A program made the translations under genes and the position numbers. A DNA stretch of 40,483 nucleotides from the IMG/VR virus record IMGVR_UViG_3300037458_000312. One strand, 5' to 3'. Under the pieces are notes generated by a model. The model had not been told where the DNA came from. It saw only the letters and a list, made by a program, of their open reading frames with translations, and searched no databases. This DNA comes from a virus. Shown in pieces: positions 14,234 to 24,154 of the stretch. How positions within the stretch are numbered: position 1 is the first letter of the stretch; the number at the start of each line of letters is the position of its first letter.

Positions 14234-14580
14234 TGGAAGGCATCGCCCAGGAACTGGCCGAGCAGTGCCGGCATCCGAAGGCGTTTCCATTGGATGAGAT
14301 GAATGATCACGCTCCGCGCAGAAAGCAGAGAGTGAAAGCGGCCAACAAGCGGGCGGCCACGGACATCCGCACCGTGGCAACGATCTGTGAGGCGTTCGGG
14401 TTCGATCCGATTGAGTCGGTGATCGAAGCGCTGCAAGGAAACGAGTTGTCGATCGGCGAGAAGGTACGCACGGCGATGGGATTGGCCGAGTACATCCACC
14501 CCAAGCTGGCGCGGCAGGAGATCACCGGGGCGGAAGGCGGCCCGCTTGAACTGACGGTGAAGTGGCGCGCCGAGAAGTAG
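14233..14580 (+). CDS. Terminase small subunit (candidate)
   Basis: Lies immediately upstream of and overlapping TerL. The C-terminal ...LAEYIHPKLARQE motif resembles TerS families. Confidence 0.5.
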   Translation: MEGIAQELAEQCRHPKAFPLDEMNDHAPRRKQRVKAANKRAATDIRTVATICEAFGFDPIESVIEALQGNELSIGEKVRTAMGLAEYIHPKLARQEITGAEGGPLELTVKWRAEK

Positions 14581-15818
14581 TCATCGACTACGCACCGCGC
14601 CGGGCCTTCGTCGAGTTCCACGAGCGCCGGCAGCGGTGGGCGGTGATTGTCGCCCATCGTCGAGCCGGCAAGACTGTCGCCACTGTCAACGATCTCATCC
14701 GCCGCGCCATCCAAGACGGCAAGCAGAACGCACGCTACGCCTACATCGCCCCGCTCTTCAGCCAAGCCAAAAGCGTGGCCTGGGACTACCTGCGGCGGTA
14801 CTCGCAGCCGCTGCTGGCCAATGCCAACGAGACAGAACTGCGCGTCGATCTGATTAACGGGGCGCGTATTCGACTGTACGGGGCAGACAACCCGGACACG
14901 CTGCGGGGGATCGCCCTCGACGGCGTAGTGCTCGACGAAGTGGCCGACATGAAGCCGCGCGTATGGAGCGAGGTCATTCGCCCGGCGCTGTCGGATCGGC
15001 AGGGATGGGCGGTGTTCATCGGCACGCCCAAGGGACACAACGCCTTCTACGACATCTGGCAGCGGGCGCAGGACGATCCCGAGTGGTTCACGCTGCGGCT
15101 GAAGGCCAGCGACACGCACCTGATCGGCGAGGACGAACTGGCCAGCGCGCGGGCGCAGATGAGCGAGGATCAGTACGCGCAGGAGTGGGAGACATCGTTT
15201 GAGGCGGCGATCCAGGGCGCCTACTTTGGCAAGGAACTGCTGGAGGCCGAGCAGCAGGGCAGGATAAGTAACGTCCCGGTCGAGAAGGGCGTGCCGGTGC
15301 ATACGGCATGGGACCTCGGCATCGGCGACAGCACGGCGATATGGTTCGCGCAGCAGGTAGGAAAAGAGGTGCGGATTGTCGATTACTACGAGGCCAGCGG
15401 CGTCGGACTTGATCACTATGCCAAAGTCCTACAGGCAAAGGGTTTTGTGTGGGGCGATCACATCGTCCCGCACGATGCGTCCGTCCGCGAGTTGGGCTCG
15501 GGCAAGAGCCGCATCGAAACGCTGGCTGCTCTGGGCATTAAGGTGCGGATCGCGCCCCGGCTCGGAGTGGATGACGGCATCAATGCAGCCCGCCTGCTAC
15601 TCGCTCGATGCTGGTTCGACAAAAGCCGCACGGTTGACGGAGTGGAACTGCTGAAGCAGTACCGGCGGGCGTGGAATGAGGAGCGCAAGTGCTTCGAGCC
15701 GCGTCCATTGCACGACCATACCAGCCATGCGGCCGATGCCTTTCGCTATCTGGCGCTGGGGTTGAAGCCGGAGCGCAAGCTCGAGCCGATCAAGTACAGC
15801 AACGCGGGGATCGTTTGA
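14562..15818 (+). CDS. terL: Terminase large subunit
   Basis: Walker A VAHRRAGKT; LDEVAD (Walker B); C-terminal nuclease region with WDLGIGDSTAIWF and HDHTSHAADAFRY; GTG start. Confidence 0.85.
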   Translation: MARREVVIDYAPRRAFVEFHERRQRWAVIVAHRRAGKTVATVNDLIRRAIQDGKQNARYAYIAPLFSQAKSVAWDYLRRYSQPLLANANETELRVDLINGARIRLYGADNPDTLRGIALDGVVLDEVADMKPRVWSEVIRPALSDRQGWAVFIGTPKGHNAFYDIWQRAQDDPEWFTLRLKASDTHLIGEDELASARAQMSEDQYAQEWETSFEAAIQGAYFGKELLEAEQQGRISNVPVEKGVPVHTAWDLGIGDSTAIWFAQQVGKEVRIVDYYEASGVGLDHYAKVLQAKGFVWGDHIVPHDASVRELGSGKSRIETLAALGIKVRIAPRLGVDDGINAARLLLARCWFDKSRTVDGVELLKQYRRAWNEERKCFEPRPLHDHTSHAADAFRYLALGLKPERKLEPIKYSNAGIV

Positions 15819-15988
15819 ACATTCAAGAGTCGCGGCAGTTGATGCAGACGGTCAATGCTGCCGTCGCCATGGTGCAAGCCCTCGCTGCGCAACTGGATCG
15901 AGTAGAAGCGCGGCTGGATGAGCTAGAGCAACGGCGCGGCCCTGGCCGCCCTCCCAATAAGGTAGCCCATGAAGCTGTCCAAAGATGA
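15815..15988 (+). CDS. Small coiled-coil protein; start uncertain (TTG 15815 or ATG 15842)
   Basis: Part of track ORF 15689..15988; overlaps the portal start. Confidence 0.3.
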   Translation: MNIQESRQLMQTVNAAVAMVQALAAQLDRVEARLDELEQRRGPGRPPNKVAHEAVQR

Positions 15989-18185
15989 ATTGCTCACTGC
16001 GATAGAGCAGGAAGAGCAGTCGGCTATCAATTGGGCTGACGGCCCGCTTGCGGACCAGCGCGCGGAAGCACTGCGCCGATTCAACCGCGATCCCTATGGC
16101 AACGAGCAGGACGGGCGCTCGCAGGTAGTCACCAACGATGTGGCGGATGTGGTCGAGTCGATCATGCCCAGCCTCGCCCGCGTCTTTCTGAGCGGCGACG
16201 AGATCGGCAAATTCGAGCCCATCGACCCGAGCGATACAGGTTTCGAGGTCGAAACCGAGTGCGTCAACTGGATGTTGATGACCAAGAATCCGGGATTCGA
16301 GGTCATCTACTGCGCACTCAAGGACTCGCTATTGCTGGGCAATAGCTACATCAAGGTCTGGTGGCAAACGGATCAGCACGTCAAGGCCGAGCGGTATTCT
16401 GGGCTGTCAGACGAAGAACTGGCGATCCTAGCGCAAGACAAGGATGTGCAGATCACGGAGCATTCCGAGTCTCTGGATCAACTAGGACAGTTGCTGCACG
16501 ATCTGAAGGTGGAACGGGTGGTGCCGGATGAGTACGTTGCCATTGCTGCCGTGCCGCCGGATGAGTTGCTGGTTAGCGCCGCGCACCGGGAGGTCAGCCT
16601 AGCGAACGCCGATTTCGTCCAGCACCGCCGCACACTCAGCATTGGAGAACTGACGGCGCTGGGCTACAAGGTCGATCCGCAGATCAGTGATGACGTGGAC
16701 GACGACGATCGTCCCGAGGCCGATGCGCGGGATCGCTACGGCAGCGACCTGCTGGACGAAGAGGATGCGAGCGCGCTTGATGCCAGCCGGCGCCGGGTGA
16801 CGCTGCGCGAAACGTGGATCAGGGTCGGCGACGAGGACAACACGCAGACTTTGTGGCGCGTGTGCATCGTCGGCAAGACCATCTTGCATCAAGAAGAAGC
16901 GGACCATATCCCGATCGCCGCCTTCTGCCCGGTGTTGTATCCGCACTCGCACGTCGGCATTTCGTTCTTTAGCTTGGTGGAGGACTTGGCCGAGCTAAAG
17001 ACGACGATAATGCGGCAGTACCTGGACAACCTGTACCTGAGCAATAACGGGCGCACGGTGGTCGATATGGGAAGGGTCAATATCGACGACCTGTTGATCT
17101 CGCGTCCTGGTGGCGTGGTGCGGGTCGATGGCGACCCCGGAAGCGCACTGATGCCGCTGGTGACGCCGGACGTGGGCGGGCCGGCATTGCAGGCGCTGGA
17201 GTATCTGGAAGCGGTCAAGGAAAACCGCACCGGCATTGCTCGCGTCAACCAGGGCAGTCTCGATCCCAACGCGCTCAACCGCACGGCGACCGGCGCGAGC
17301 CTGATGATGAGTGCGGGGCAGTCGCGGCTTGAGCTCATCGCGCGTTGCCTTGCCGGCGGCATCCGCGATCTGTTCCTGCTGACTCATGCGGTCCTGCTGA
17401 AGCACAGCACCAAGCCGCTACAGATCAAGCTCCGCAACCAGTGGATTGCGGTCAATCCGCGCGAGTGGGTGCGGCGCACGGATTTCGCGCTGTCGGTGGC
17501 GCTGGGCACCGGAGCACCGGAGCAGCAACTGGCCAAGTTGCAAATGATCGGCCAGTTTATGCAGCAGGGCATGGGGCTTGGGTTGGTGACGCCGCAGAAT
17601 ATGTACGAGTGGGGGAAGGAAGTGCTGCGGGTTGCAGGTTATCGCTCGCCCGACAAGTTCCTCACTCAGCCGCAGCCGGGGCAACAGCCGCCGCAGCAGC
17701 AGAATCCGCTATTGCAAGTGGAGCAGATGAAGCAGCAATCCGAGCACGCCAAGCTCGACAAGGAACTGGCGTTCAAGGCGCAGGTGGGGCAGGCCGAAAC
17801 GCAGCAGAAGGCGGCGCTCGAGCAGCAGCGGATGCAGAACGAGATCGCCGCGCAGGCGCAGCAGGCGCAGGCGGATGCGGCGCTCGCCAAATACAAGGCA
17901 GATCTTGACGCCGAAACCACGGTTAAGACCAAACTTATCGAGATCGCCGGGCAACTGCTGGCGCAGAGTATGGCGCCCGAGCCCGAGGAGCCGGGTGGTG
18001 AGGCAGACGATGCCGAGGACATGGGCGAGGAGCAGCAGGGCAACGCTCAGATGCAGCAGATGATGCAAGCCTTGATGATGACGGTTCAGCAGTTGGCCGC
18101 CGCATCGGGCGCGCCCAAGCGCATCGTGCGCGGTCCTGATGGGCGCGCAGTGGGCGTGGAAACGGTGCAGACGGGGATGCAGTAG
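15969..18185 (+). CDS. Portal protein (P22 gp1-like, with a long Gln/Ala-rich C-terminal helical barrel)
   Basis: 738 aa; lies after TerL; C-terminal QQPPQQQNPLLQVEQMKQQ...AQAQQAQADAALAKYK coiled coil. Confidence 0.8.
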   Translation: MKLSKDELLTAIEQEEQSAINWADGPLADQRAEALRRFNRDPYGNEQDGRSQVVTNDVADVVESIMPSLARVFLSGDEIGKFEPIDPSDTGFEVETECVNWMLMTKNPGFEVIYCALKDSLLLGNSYIKVWWQTDQHVKAERYSGLSDEELAILAQDKDVQITEHSESLDQLGQLLHDLKVERVVPDEYVAIAAVPPDELLVSAAHREVSLANADFVQHRRTLSIGELTALGYKVDPQISDDVDDDDRPEADARDRYGSDLLDEEDASALDASRRRVTLRETWIRVGDEDNTQTLWRVCIVGKTILHQEEADHIPIAAFCPVLYPHSHVGISFFSLVEDLAELKTTIMRQYLDNLYLSNNGRTVVDMGRVNIDDLLISRPGGVVRVDGDPGSALMPLVTPDVGGPALQALEYLEAVKENRTGIARVNQGSLDPNALNRTATGASLMMSAGQSRLELIARCLAGGIRDLFLLTHAVLLKHSTKPLQIKLRNQWIAVNPREWVRRTDFALSVALGTGAPEQQLAKLQMIGQFMQQGMGLGLVTPQNMYEWGKEVLRVAGYRSPDKFLTQPQPGQQPPQQQNPLLQVEQMKQQSEHAKLDKELAFKAQVGQAETQQKAALEQQRMQNEIAAQAQQAQADAALAKYKADLDAETTVKTKLIEIAGQLLAQSMAPEPEEPGGEADDAEDMGEEQQGNAQMQQMMQALMMTVQQLAAASGAPKRIVRGPDGRAVGVETVQTGMQ

Positions 18186-18556
18186 TGGCCCTTACGCTGC
18201 GCCGCACCAAGGGCAAGGAACGGCGGCGTTACCTGATCGGCGAGCGCCAATACTGGGCCGATGAGTCGGAATTGCCGGGGCTGATCCTCGCCATTGCCGG
18301 CAAGCCGGAACCGGCGCCGGCGAGAGCAGAGAAAACGCGCGCTAAGGCGGCTAAACGGGCCGCAGAGGCGCCGACGCAGCAAGAGGCTATCCAGATAGCC
18401 AAGCCGCGCGAGCGCACGCTAGAAGCGGTTTTAGAGGCTCTGCGGGCGCAGTTTACGCTGGCCGAGAACGAGGTGCTGCTGCGCTCGCTGGCCATTGCTA
18501 CGGCGCGGATGGCCGAGATGGAAGAGGACGACGAAATGGTGCTGCTGCTGGCATGA
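18185..18556 (+). CDS. Hypothetical head-region protein
   Basis: Track ORF; GTG start overlaps the portal stop. Confidence 0.5.
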   Translation: MALTLRRTKGKERRRYLIGERQYWADESELPGLILAIAGKPEPAPARAEKTRAKAAKRAAEAPTQQEAIQIAKPRERTLEAVLEALRAQFTLAENEVLLRSLAIATARMAEMEEDDEMVLLLA

Positions 18557-18840
18557 ACCTCTACGACGAGACAAAACGGGCCGATGAAGCGCAACGGATG
18601 CTGGCCAATCCCCTCTACCGCGAGGCATGGGCAAGCTACGAGGCTGTACTACTGGAGCTGCTGGCGAGCGCCGCTACGACCCCCGACAAAGCCCAGGAAG
18701 TACGGGGCTGGTTGATCGGGGCGCGGAAGGCGCGGGGCCACTTGGAGCGGATCGTGTCCGAGGGCAAACTCGCCGCCGAGCAAATCCGGCAGGAGGAGCA
18801 ACGCAAGACCATAAAACAACGGATTCGCGCCGCATTCTAA
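18553..18840 (+). CDS. Hypothetical head-region protein
   Basis: Track ORF; ATGA coupled. Confidence 0.5.
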   Translation: MNLYDETKRADEAQRMLANPLYREAWASYEAVLLELLASAATTPDKAQEVRGWLIGARKARGHLERIVSEGKLAAEQIRQEEQRKTIKQRIRAAF

Positions 18841-18919
18841 GCGCGAACTAACGCCCGGCGACTTACCGGGCACCAGGGCGGGCGCTTTCGGGCGCCCGTC
18901 GTCATTTCAGAGGTAGCAA

Positions 18920-19924
18920 ATGGCAGAACAGACCACCCCGGCGACGCCGGGAGTCGCAGCGAAACCGCTGAGTGTGGAACAACGGCTGGCGAACCTGTAC
19001 GGGGCACAGATGGACGCGCCCGCACCGCCCCCGCCGCAACAGCAGGATGCGCCCGAGCCGACGGAACCGGCAGAAGCAGCAGAGCAGGACGCGGACCAAG
19101 CGGAGCTATCCCCCGACGACCTACCAGACGAAGGGGAATCAGCGGCGCCGTCGCCGACTGTGGATGAGTTCGAGCTAGTTCACAACGGCACCCAGCACAA
19201 ACTGGCCCGTGACAAGGTCATCGAACTCGCGCAAAAGGGCTTTGACTACACCCAGAAGACGCAGCAGCTATCGGCGCAACAGCGCGCGATACAGGAAACG
19301 CTCCAGCGGGCTCAGGAGATCGAGCAACTGGTGCCGGACTTGGCCAACGAGGCAGCGTCACTGCGGGCAGCAGAAGCGGCATTGGCACCGTGGCAGAATG
19401 TGGATTGGGTTCGCCTCGCAACGGACGAACCGCTGGAGTACGCGCGCTATCGTGCGCAGTATGACCAGTTGGTGAGCGCATACAACCATGTGCGCGGTAC
19501 GTTGAACCAGAAGGCGCAGGCACTCCAGCAACGCAAGGTCGAGGTAGGACGGGCGATCGTGCAGCAGGAGATGGCCAAGCTCACCGAGTTTCTGCCGCAG
19601 ATGCGTGATCCCAAGAAGTTCCAAGCGGAAGCGCAGTCGATCAAGGAGTACGGGCTCGACCGGGGTTACACGGCTGAGGAACTCGAATCCGTGACCGACG
19701 CGCGGATGGTGCGGACACTTTGGGAGGCCGCGCAGTACCGCAAACTGGTGATAGGCAAGGCCGAGCGGAACAAACAATTGCGCCAAGCGCCCCCGACGAC
19801 GAAGCCGGGTGCGGTTGGAACCACTGAATCGGCAGCCGATCAGCGGACGAAGCAGATTCGCCAGAACCTGAAGAAGTCGGGTGATTGGCGGGATGCGGCG
19901 GCCTTGCTGGGGCGCCTGAAGTAA
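18920..19924 (+). CDS. Scaffolding protein
   Basis: Acidic, helical, low-complexity N-terminus; lies directly upstream of the major capsid gene. Confidence 0.65.
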   Translation: MAEQTTPATPGVAAKPLSVEQRLANLYGAQMDAPAPPPPQQQDAPEPTEPAEAAEQDADQAELSPDDLPDEGESAAPSPTVDEFELVHNGTQHKLARDKVIELAQKGFDYTQKTQQLSAQQRAIQETLQRAQEIEQLVPDLANEAASLRAAEAALAPWQNVDWVRLATDEPLEYARYRAQYDQLVSAYNHVRGTLNQKAQALQQRKVEVGRAIVQQEMAKLTEFLPQMRDPKKFQAEAQSIKEYGLDRGYTAEELESVTDARMVRTLWEAAQYRKLVIGKAERNKQLRQAPPTTKPGAVGTTESAADQRTKQIRQNLKKSGDWRDAAALLGRLK

Positions 19925-19936
19925 AAGGACAGAATC

Positions 19937-20905
19937 ATGGCGGCGACAGTTGCTGCAAGCAAAACGTATGACCTGAGCGGTGGCGCGCTCAAGGAAGATC
20001 TTGAATCGATCATCTGGGACATCTCGCCCCAAGACACTTGGTTCATGAATTCGGTGGATCGCGTAACGGCGAAGTCCACGCTGCACGAGTGGCTCACCGA
20101 TACGCTGGTTAGCCCGGCGCAGAACGCGAAGATCGAAGGCGATGCCTTCACTGCCGTCGCGCGCACGCTGCCGGCGCGGCTGAAGAGCTACACCCAGATC
20201 TCGCGCAAGGAGTTCGAGGTCACGGGCACGGCGCAGAAGGTGGACAACGCGGGCATGAAGGAACTGCTTGGCTATCACACCGCGCGCGCCGGCAAGGAAC
20301 TGAAGCGGGACATCGAAGTATCGTTGCTGGGCGCGTATGTGTCGACGGCGGGATCGTCGGTTCTTGCGCGCACGACGTCTGGTGCCGAGAACTGGTGCTA
20401 TACCGACAACCACATCAAGCTGACCAACCAATCGGCATCGACCACGGTCGCACCGTCGAGCGGGCTGGCGGGCGCGGTGACGGCTGGAACTGCGACTGCG
20501 GTTACGGAAACCAACCTCAAGAGCGGCCTGCAACAAGCTTGGTCTTGCGGTGGTGACGTGACCACGATTTGTGTCGGCCCGGCGCTGTACAACACGATCA
20601 GCGGCTTTACCGGTCTCGCCACTCGCTTCCGAGACGTCGGCAGCCGCTCGCAAGCGCAGATCATCGGTGCGGCTGATGTGTATGTGTCGGCGTTTGGCAG
20701 TCACACGATCCGGCTGTCGCGGTATTGCTCTTCGTCAACGATTCTCGGCCTGGATATGACCGCGTGGGCGTTCGCCACGCTTCGTCCGTTCCAGACGATC
20801 GACATTGCGAAGATTGGCGATGCCGAGCGCCGGATGCTGCTCGCGGAGTACGCGCTGGTCTGCAAGACGCCGACGGCGAACTTCAAGATCACCGGCGCGT
20901 CGTAA
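19937..20905 (+). CDS. Major capsid protein (HK97 fold family)
   Basis: 322 aa. KSTLHEWLTDTL motif near the N-terminus; position after the scaffold gene; followed by a terminator. Confidence 0.8.
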   Translation: MAATVAASKTYDLSGGALKEDLESIIWDISPQDTWFMNSVDRVTAKSTLHEWLTDTLVSPAQNAKIEGDAFTAVARTLPARLKSYTQISRKEFEVTGTAQKVDNAGMKELLGYHTARAGKELKRDIEVSLLGAYVSTAGSSVLARTTSGAENWCYTDNHIKLTNQSASTTVAPSSGLAGAVTAGTATAVTETNLKSGLQQAWSCGGDVTTICVGPALYNTISGFTGLATRFRDVGSRSQAQIIGAADVYVSAFGSHTIRLSRYCSSSTILGLDMTAWAFATLRPFQTIDIAKIGDAERRMLLAEYALVCKTPTANFKITGAS

Positions 20906-20933
20906 AGCGTCTGAGTACGCTACCTTGGGCGGG

Positions 20934-20959
20934 CGGGGAGCAATCCTCGCCCGTTTTTT
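20934..20959 (+). terminator. Intrinsic terminator/attenuator after the capsid gene
   Basis: CGGGGAG-CAATC-CTC(g)CCCG stem with one bulge, followed by TTTTTT. Confidence 0.55.
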
Positions 20960-20960
20960 G

Positions 20961-21296
20961 ATGAGACGACTGATCGACCGCAATCCGGTAACCGGGGAGA
21001 CGGTCTGGTACGAGTTCAACCATGCGGACGAATCGGCGACGATTACGCATGAGCAGGATGTGCAGTTGCTGCTGGATCGCAATCGTGCGTCGGCAGCGGA
21101 CGATGACAAGACGAAGCGCGGGATAAAGAACGATTGGTGGAAGTACGCCAGCGTTCCGAACGTGGTGCAGGTTGAGTGGCGGCAGAAGTACGGTGTCGAC
21201 ATGTTCAATCGAGACCACCAGAAGGCGGTATTCAAGCTGCTGAACAGTCCCGACTACGCCTTTCTCAAGACGACGACCAAGCATCATGGCGGATGA
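20961..21296 (+). CDS. Hypothetical protein (111 aa)
   Basis: Internal ATG of track ORF 20805..21296, right after the terminator T tract. Confidence 0.5.
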   Translation: MRRLIDRNPVTGETVWYEFNHADESATITHEQDVQLLLDRNRASAADDDKTKRGIKNDWWKYASVPNVVQVEWRQKYGVDMFNRDHQKAVFKLLNSPDYAFLKTTTKHHGG

Positions 21297-22683
21297 CCTG
21301 ATCAGGGCCGCCCGTGCGGCGTGGGATCGCAACGAGTGGGGAAGTGTCTGGAAGTTCAGCAACGCAGAGCTAAACGAGCATCCAGATCGCCCGGAAGCGT
21401 TGTATCTGGCCGGGTGCGCGTTGCGGGCGCAAGGTCATGTGGCATTGGCTGCGACGGTCTACCGGAGGGCGCTGGCGCTTAACAGCACGCACCTCAACCT
21501 GTGGATGCACTACGCCGCCTGTCTGCATGACCTGCACCAGTGGGATGAAGCGCGTGAAGCGTTCCAGATGTGCGCCAAGCGCATCCCGGACGATCCGGCG
21601 CCTATGGCGAACATTGCCAGCGGTTATGTGCAGCAGGGCCGCCCGCGCGAGGCGCTGGAGTGGGCGCAGAAGGCGTTGGCACTGGACCCGGATCACTACA
21701 TCGCCCGCGTGTCGCGGTGCTTTGGCAACTTGGGCCTGGGGCGGTGGAAGGACGGCTGGATCGATGCCGAGTGGCTATACGGGCATCAGGTGCCCATCCG
21801 GGTGTATCGGGACAAGGACAACGAAGAGCCGGCGTGGAATGGGGAGCCTGGGCAGACAGTAGTGGTGCAAATGGATCAGGGGCTGGGCGACCAGATCATG
21901 TTCGCGCAGTGCCTGCCGCAGCTTATTGCCGACAGCAAGCAGGTCATCATCGAGTGTGCGCCGCGTATGGCGAACCTATGCCGGCGCAATTGGCCGCAGG
22001 CGATCGTGCAGCCGACACTGAAGACGCTCGACTTGGAGTGGCCGAAATACTTTGCTATCGATGCCCATGTGCATATCAGTTGGCTGGGCAAGTTCTATCG
22101 CAACCATGACGCAGACTTCCCGCGCCGGGCGTACCTCAAGCCGGATGCGGAGAAGGTGGCGAAGTGGAAGGAGTGGCTGGCGCAGTTCCCTGGCCCGACG
22201 CTGGGCTTGGCGTGGGAAGGCGGGCTGACGCACACCATGCGGGCGGCGCGTTCGTTCTCATTGGCCGAGCTGGAGCCGGTAATGCAGCACGCCGGGACGC
22301 TGATCGACCTGAGTTACCAAGACCACCACCGCGAGATTGCGCAGTGGAACATCGACCACCCGGAGCATCAGGTGGTGTGTCCGCCGCTGCCGGTGGATGA
22401 TTACGACGAGACGGTAGCGTTGGCGGCGGCATTGGATGACATCGTGACGGTGACGACGACGCTAGCGCACGTCTGCGGGGCATTGGGACGGCACGCGTAT
22501 GTGCTGGTGCCGCAGGCTCCGCAGTGGCGCTACCAGCACCCGTGCGGCGACGGGCTGTGGTGGTATCCCGAGGGCAGCGTGGAAATGTGCCGGCAGGCGA
22601 AGGGCGAGACATCCTGGGGGCCGGCAATCAACCGGCTGGCCGACAAGATGGGGCGGATTGCGGAGTTGCGCAGGGCGGCGTAG
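21286..22683 (+). CDS. TPR-repeat protein fused to a GT9-like (heptosyltransferase-fold) glycosyltransferase domain
   Basis: About 4-5 TPRs at the N-terminus. Then VVVQMDQGLGDQIMFAQCLPQL, LGLAWEGG...RSFSL, DDYDETVALAAALDDIVTVTTTLAHVCGALGRHAYVLVPQAPQWRY...WYP. This matches the widespread TPR+GT9-like architecture. Confidence 0.75.
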   Translation: MADDLIRAARAAWDRNEWGSVWKFSNAELNEHPDRPEALYLAGCALRAQGHVALAATVYRRALALNSTHLNLWMHYAACLHDLHQWDEAREAFQMCAKRIPDDPAPMANIASGYVQQGRPREALEWAQKALALDPDHYIARVSRCFGNLGLGRWKDGWIDAEWLYGHQVPIRVYRDKDNEEPAWNGEPGQTVVVQMDQGLGDQIMFAQCLPQLIADSKQVIIECAPRMANLCRRNWPQAIVQPTLKTLDLEWPKYFAIDAHVHISWLGKFYRNHDADFPRRAYLKPDAEKVAKWKEWLAQFPGPTLGLAWEGGLTHTMRAARSFSLAELEPVMQHAGTLIDLSYQDHHREIAQWNIDHPEHQVVCPPLPVDDYDETVALAAALDDIVTVTTTLAHVCGALGRHAYVLVPQAPQWRYQHPCGDGLWWYPEGSVEMCRQAKGETSWGPAINRLADKMGRIAELRRAA

Positions 22684-23456
22684 TGGCGACGTTTGCCCGT
22701 CGGTATGGCACATTGTGCCGGCGCTACGATTGGCGCGAGTTTCGGAGATTTGGACCCAAAAGCCAATTGGGCGATTGGGTCTTGCAGTATCAGGTCATGG
22801 ACTGCGGCCCGTATCCGGTGGTCTTTGGCATGCCGCCGTTGTTGAGCAACGGTTTTGTAGCGCAACAAAAGAAGTTCCTTTACTGCGACCACGCATACTT
22901 CGAGCGCGGATGGGACAACTTCAACTTTCGCCTGGTGCGGGATCACATTCATCTGACGACGTTGCTGGATCGCCCCGATGATCGGCTGAAGCGATGGAAG
23001 GTGCAGATCGATCCGTGGCGCAAGACAGGCCGCAGCATCGTGGTGATCCCTCCCGGTTTCTACCATACCGAGATTTTCGGTCTGGGCAAGGATTGGGCGC
23101 GGCGCATGGTGGAAAACTTGGGGCGTTGGACTGATCGCCCAGTAGTGGTGAAGTCAAGCAAAGGGCGGTTGCGCGAATTCCTGTTGGAAGAGGTGGGCGC
23201 CTTTGCCGTGGTCTGCTGCTCAAGCGTGGCTGGTATGGAAGCGGCGCTGATGGGCGTTCCCGTGTTCAGTACACCGCACTGCTGCTCATGGCCGATCAAT
23301 GCGGGCGAGGTTAAAAACATCGAGCGCCCGGAGTACCGGGAGCGACATGCCTGGGCGTGCGGGCTGGCTTATGCCAGTTGGAACGCGGAAGAGTTGGAAA
23401 CTATTGATTTTCGCGATTACTACTACAGCGTGAAGGAGCAACCTTGCGCGTCGTAA
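22683..23456 (+). CDS. Possible GT-B-like glycosyltransferase (KpsS/KpsC-like C-terminal Rossmann pattern); start uncertain
   Basis: GTG 22683 overlaps the TAG of the upstream gene. RSIVVIPPG...PVVVKSSKG...FAVVCCSSVAGMEAALMGVPVF. Confidence 0.4.
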   Translation: MATFARRYGTLCRRYDWREFRRFGPKSQLGDWVLQYQVMDCGPYPVVFGMPPLLSNGFVAQQKKFLYCDHAYFERGWDNFNFRLVRDHIHLTTLLDRPDDRLKRWKVQIDPWRKTGRSIVVIPPGFYHTEIFGLGKDWARRMVENLGRWTDRPVVVKSSKGRLREFLLEEVGAFAVVCCSSVAGMEAALMGVPVFSTPHCCSWPINAGEVKNIERPEYRERHAWACGLAYASWNAEELETIDFRDYYYSVKEQPCAS

Positions 23457-24154
23457 CAACCTGCCACAAGGCGGGGTGGGAGCAGTACGGTCAGCAGTGC
23501 CTGGACGGACTGAAGAAGTGGCCGGCAGAGGCCGAGTTCTGGTGGTACTCGGAAGGGTTCGATCTGCCGGCGCAGAAGAAGGTGCGCGAGATCAAGAACG
23601 AGCGCATGGAGCGGTTGCAGGAGTTCAAGCAACGCTATCGGCATTATCGGGCGCCCGATTGGCGGTTCGACGTGGTGCGGTTCAGCAACAAGGCATTTGC
23701 GCTGTACGACGCGCTGCGCGATCACGACGGGTTCGGCGTATGGATGGACGCGGACATCGTGACGCACAAGCGGATGCCGAAAGACTACCTGCGCAGCCTG
23801 CTGCCGAGCGATTGTTACATCGGTTTGTTCCAGCGCGACGGGATGCACAGCGAAACCGGGCTAATGTTGTTCAACTGCGCCCATCCTGCGCATACGTCGT
23901 TCATGGACACGTACATTGATTGGTACGAGTCGGGCAAGTTCAAGGGCGCGCATGAGTGGCACGACTGCATCGTGATGGACGCGGTGCTGCGGGCGTTCGA
24001 GCGTAACAGTCTGGTGAAGTCGCACAACCTGTCTGGCAAGGCGAGCGGCGTTTCGCACCCGATGGCGGTGCATGATTTTGCGCAGTACGCTGATCATTTG
24101 AAAGGCCAGAGCAGGAAGGCGCTTGGGCACTCGCCCGAGAGGAAGGCGGCATGA
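23444..24154 (+). CDS. GT-A-fold glycosyltransferase (DxD)
   Basis: TTG start 6 nt after AAGGAG; FGVWMDADIV (DxD); nucleotide-diphospho-sugar transferase-like pattern. Confidence 0.55.
   Translation: MRVVTTCHKAGWEQYGQQCLDGLKKWPAEAEFWWYSEGFDLPAQKKVREIKNERMERLQEFKQRYRHYRAPDWRFDVVRFSNKAFALYDALRDHDGFGVWMDADIVTHKRMPKDYLRSLLPSDCYIGLFQRDGMHSETGLMLFNCAHPAHTSFMDTYIDWYESGKFKGAHEWHDCIVMDAVLRAFERNSLVKSHNLSGKASGVSHPMAVHDFAQYADHLKGQSRKALGHSPERKAA

Noticed and set aside
18853-18898. Two GC hairpins (GCCCGG...CCGGGC and CGGGCGC...GCGCCCG) upstream of the scaffold gene, considered as a terminator or riboregulator
   Set aside because: No T tract follows them and they sit inside an operon that must be read through. 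They are probably just RNA structure or a processing site, and the evidence is insufficient to call a feature.
22524-22682. Upstream extension of the second cassette gene (track start 22524), which overlaps the TPR-GT gene by about 160 nt
   Set aside because: The extension translates as Arg/Gly-rich filler inside the well-supported TPR-GT frame. GTG 22683, which overlaps the TAG, is a more plausible start, though still uncertain.
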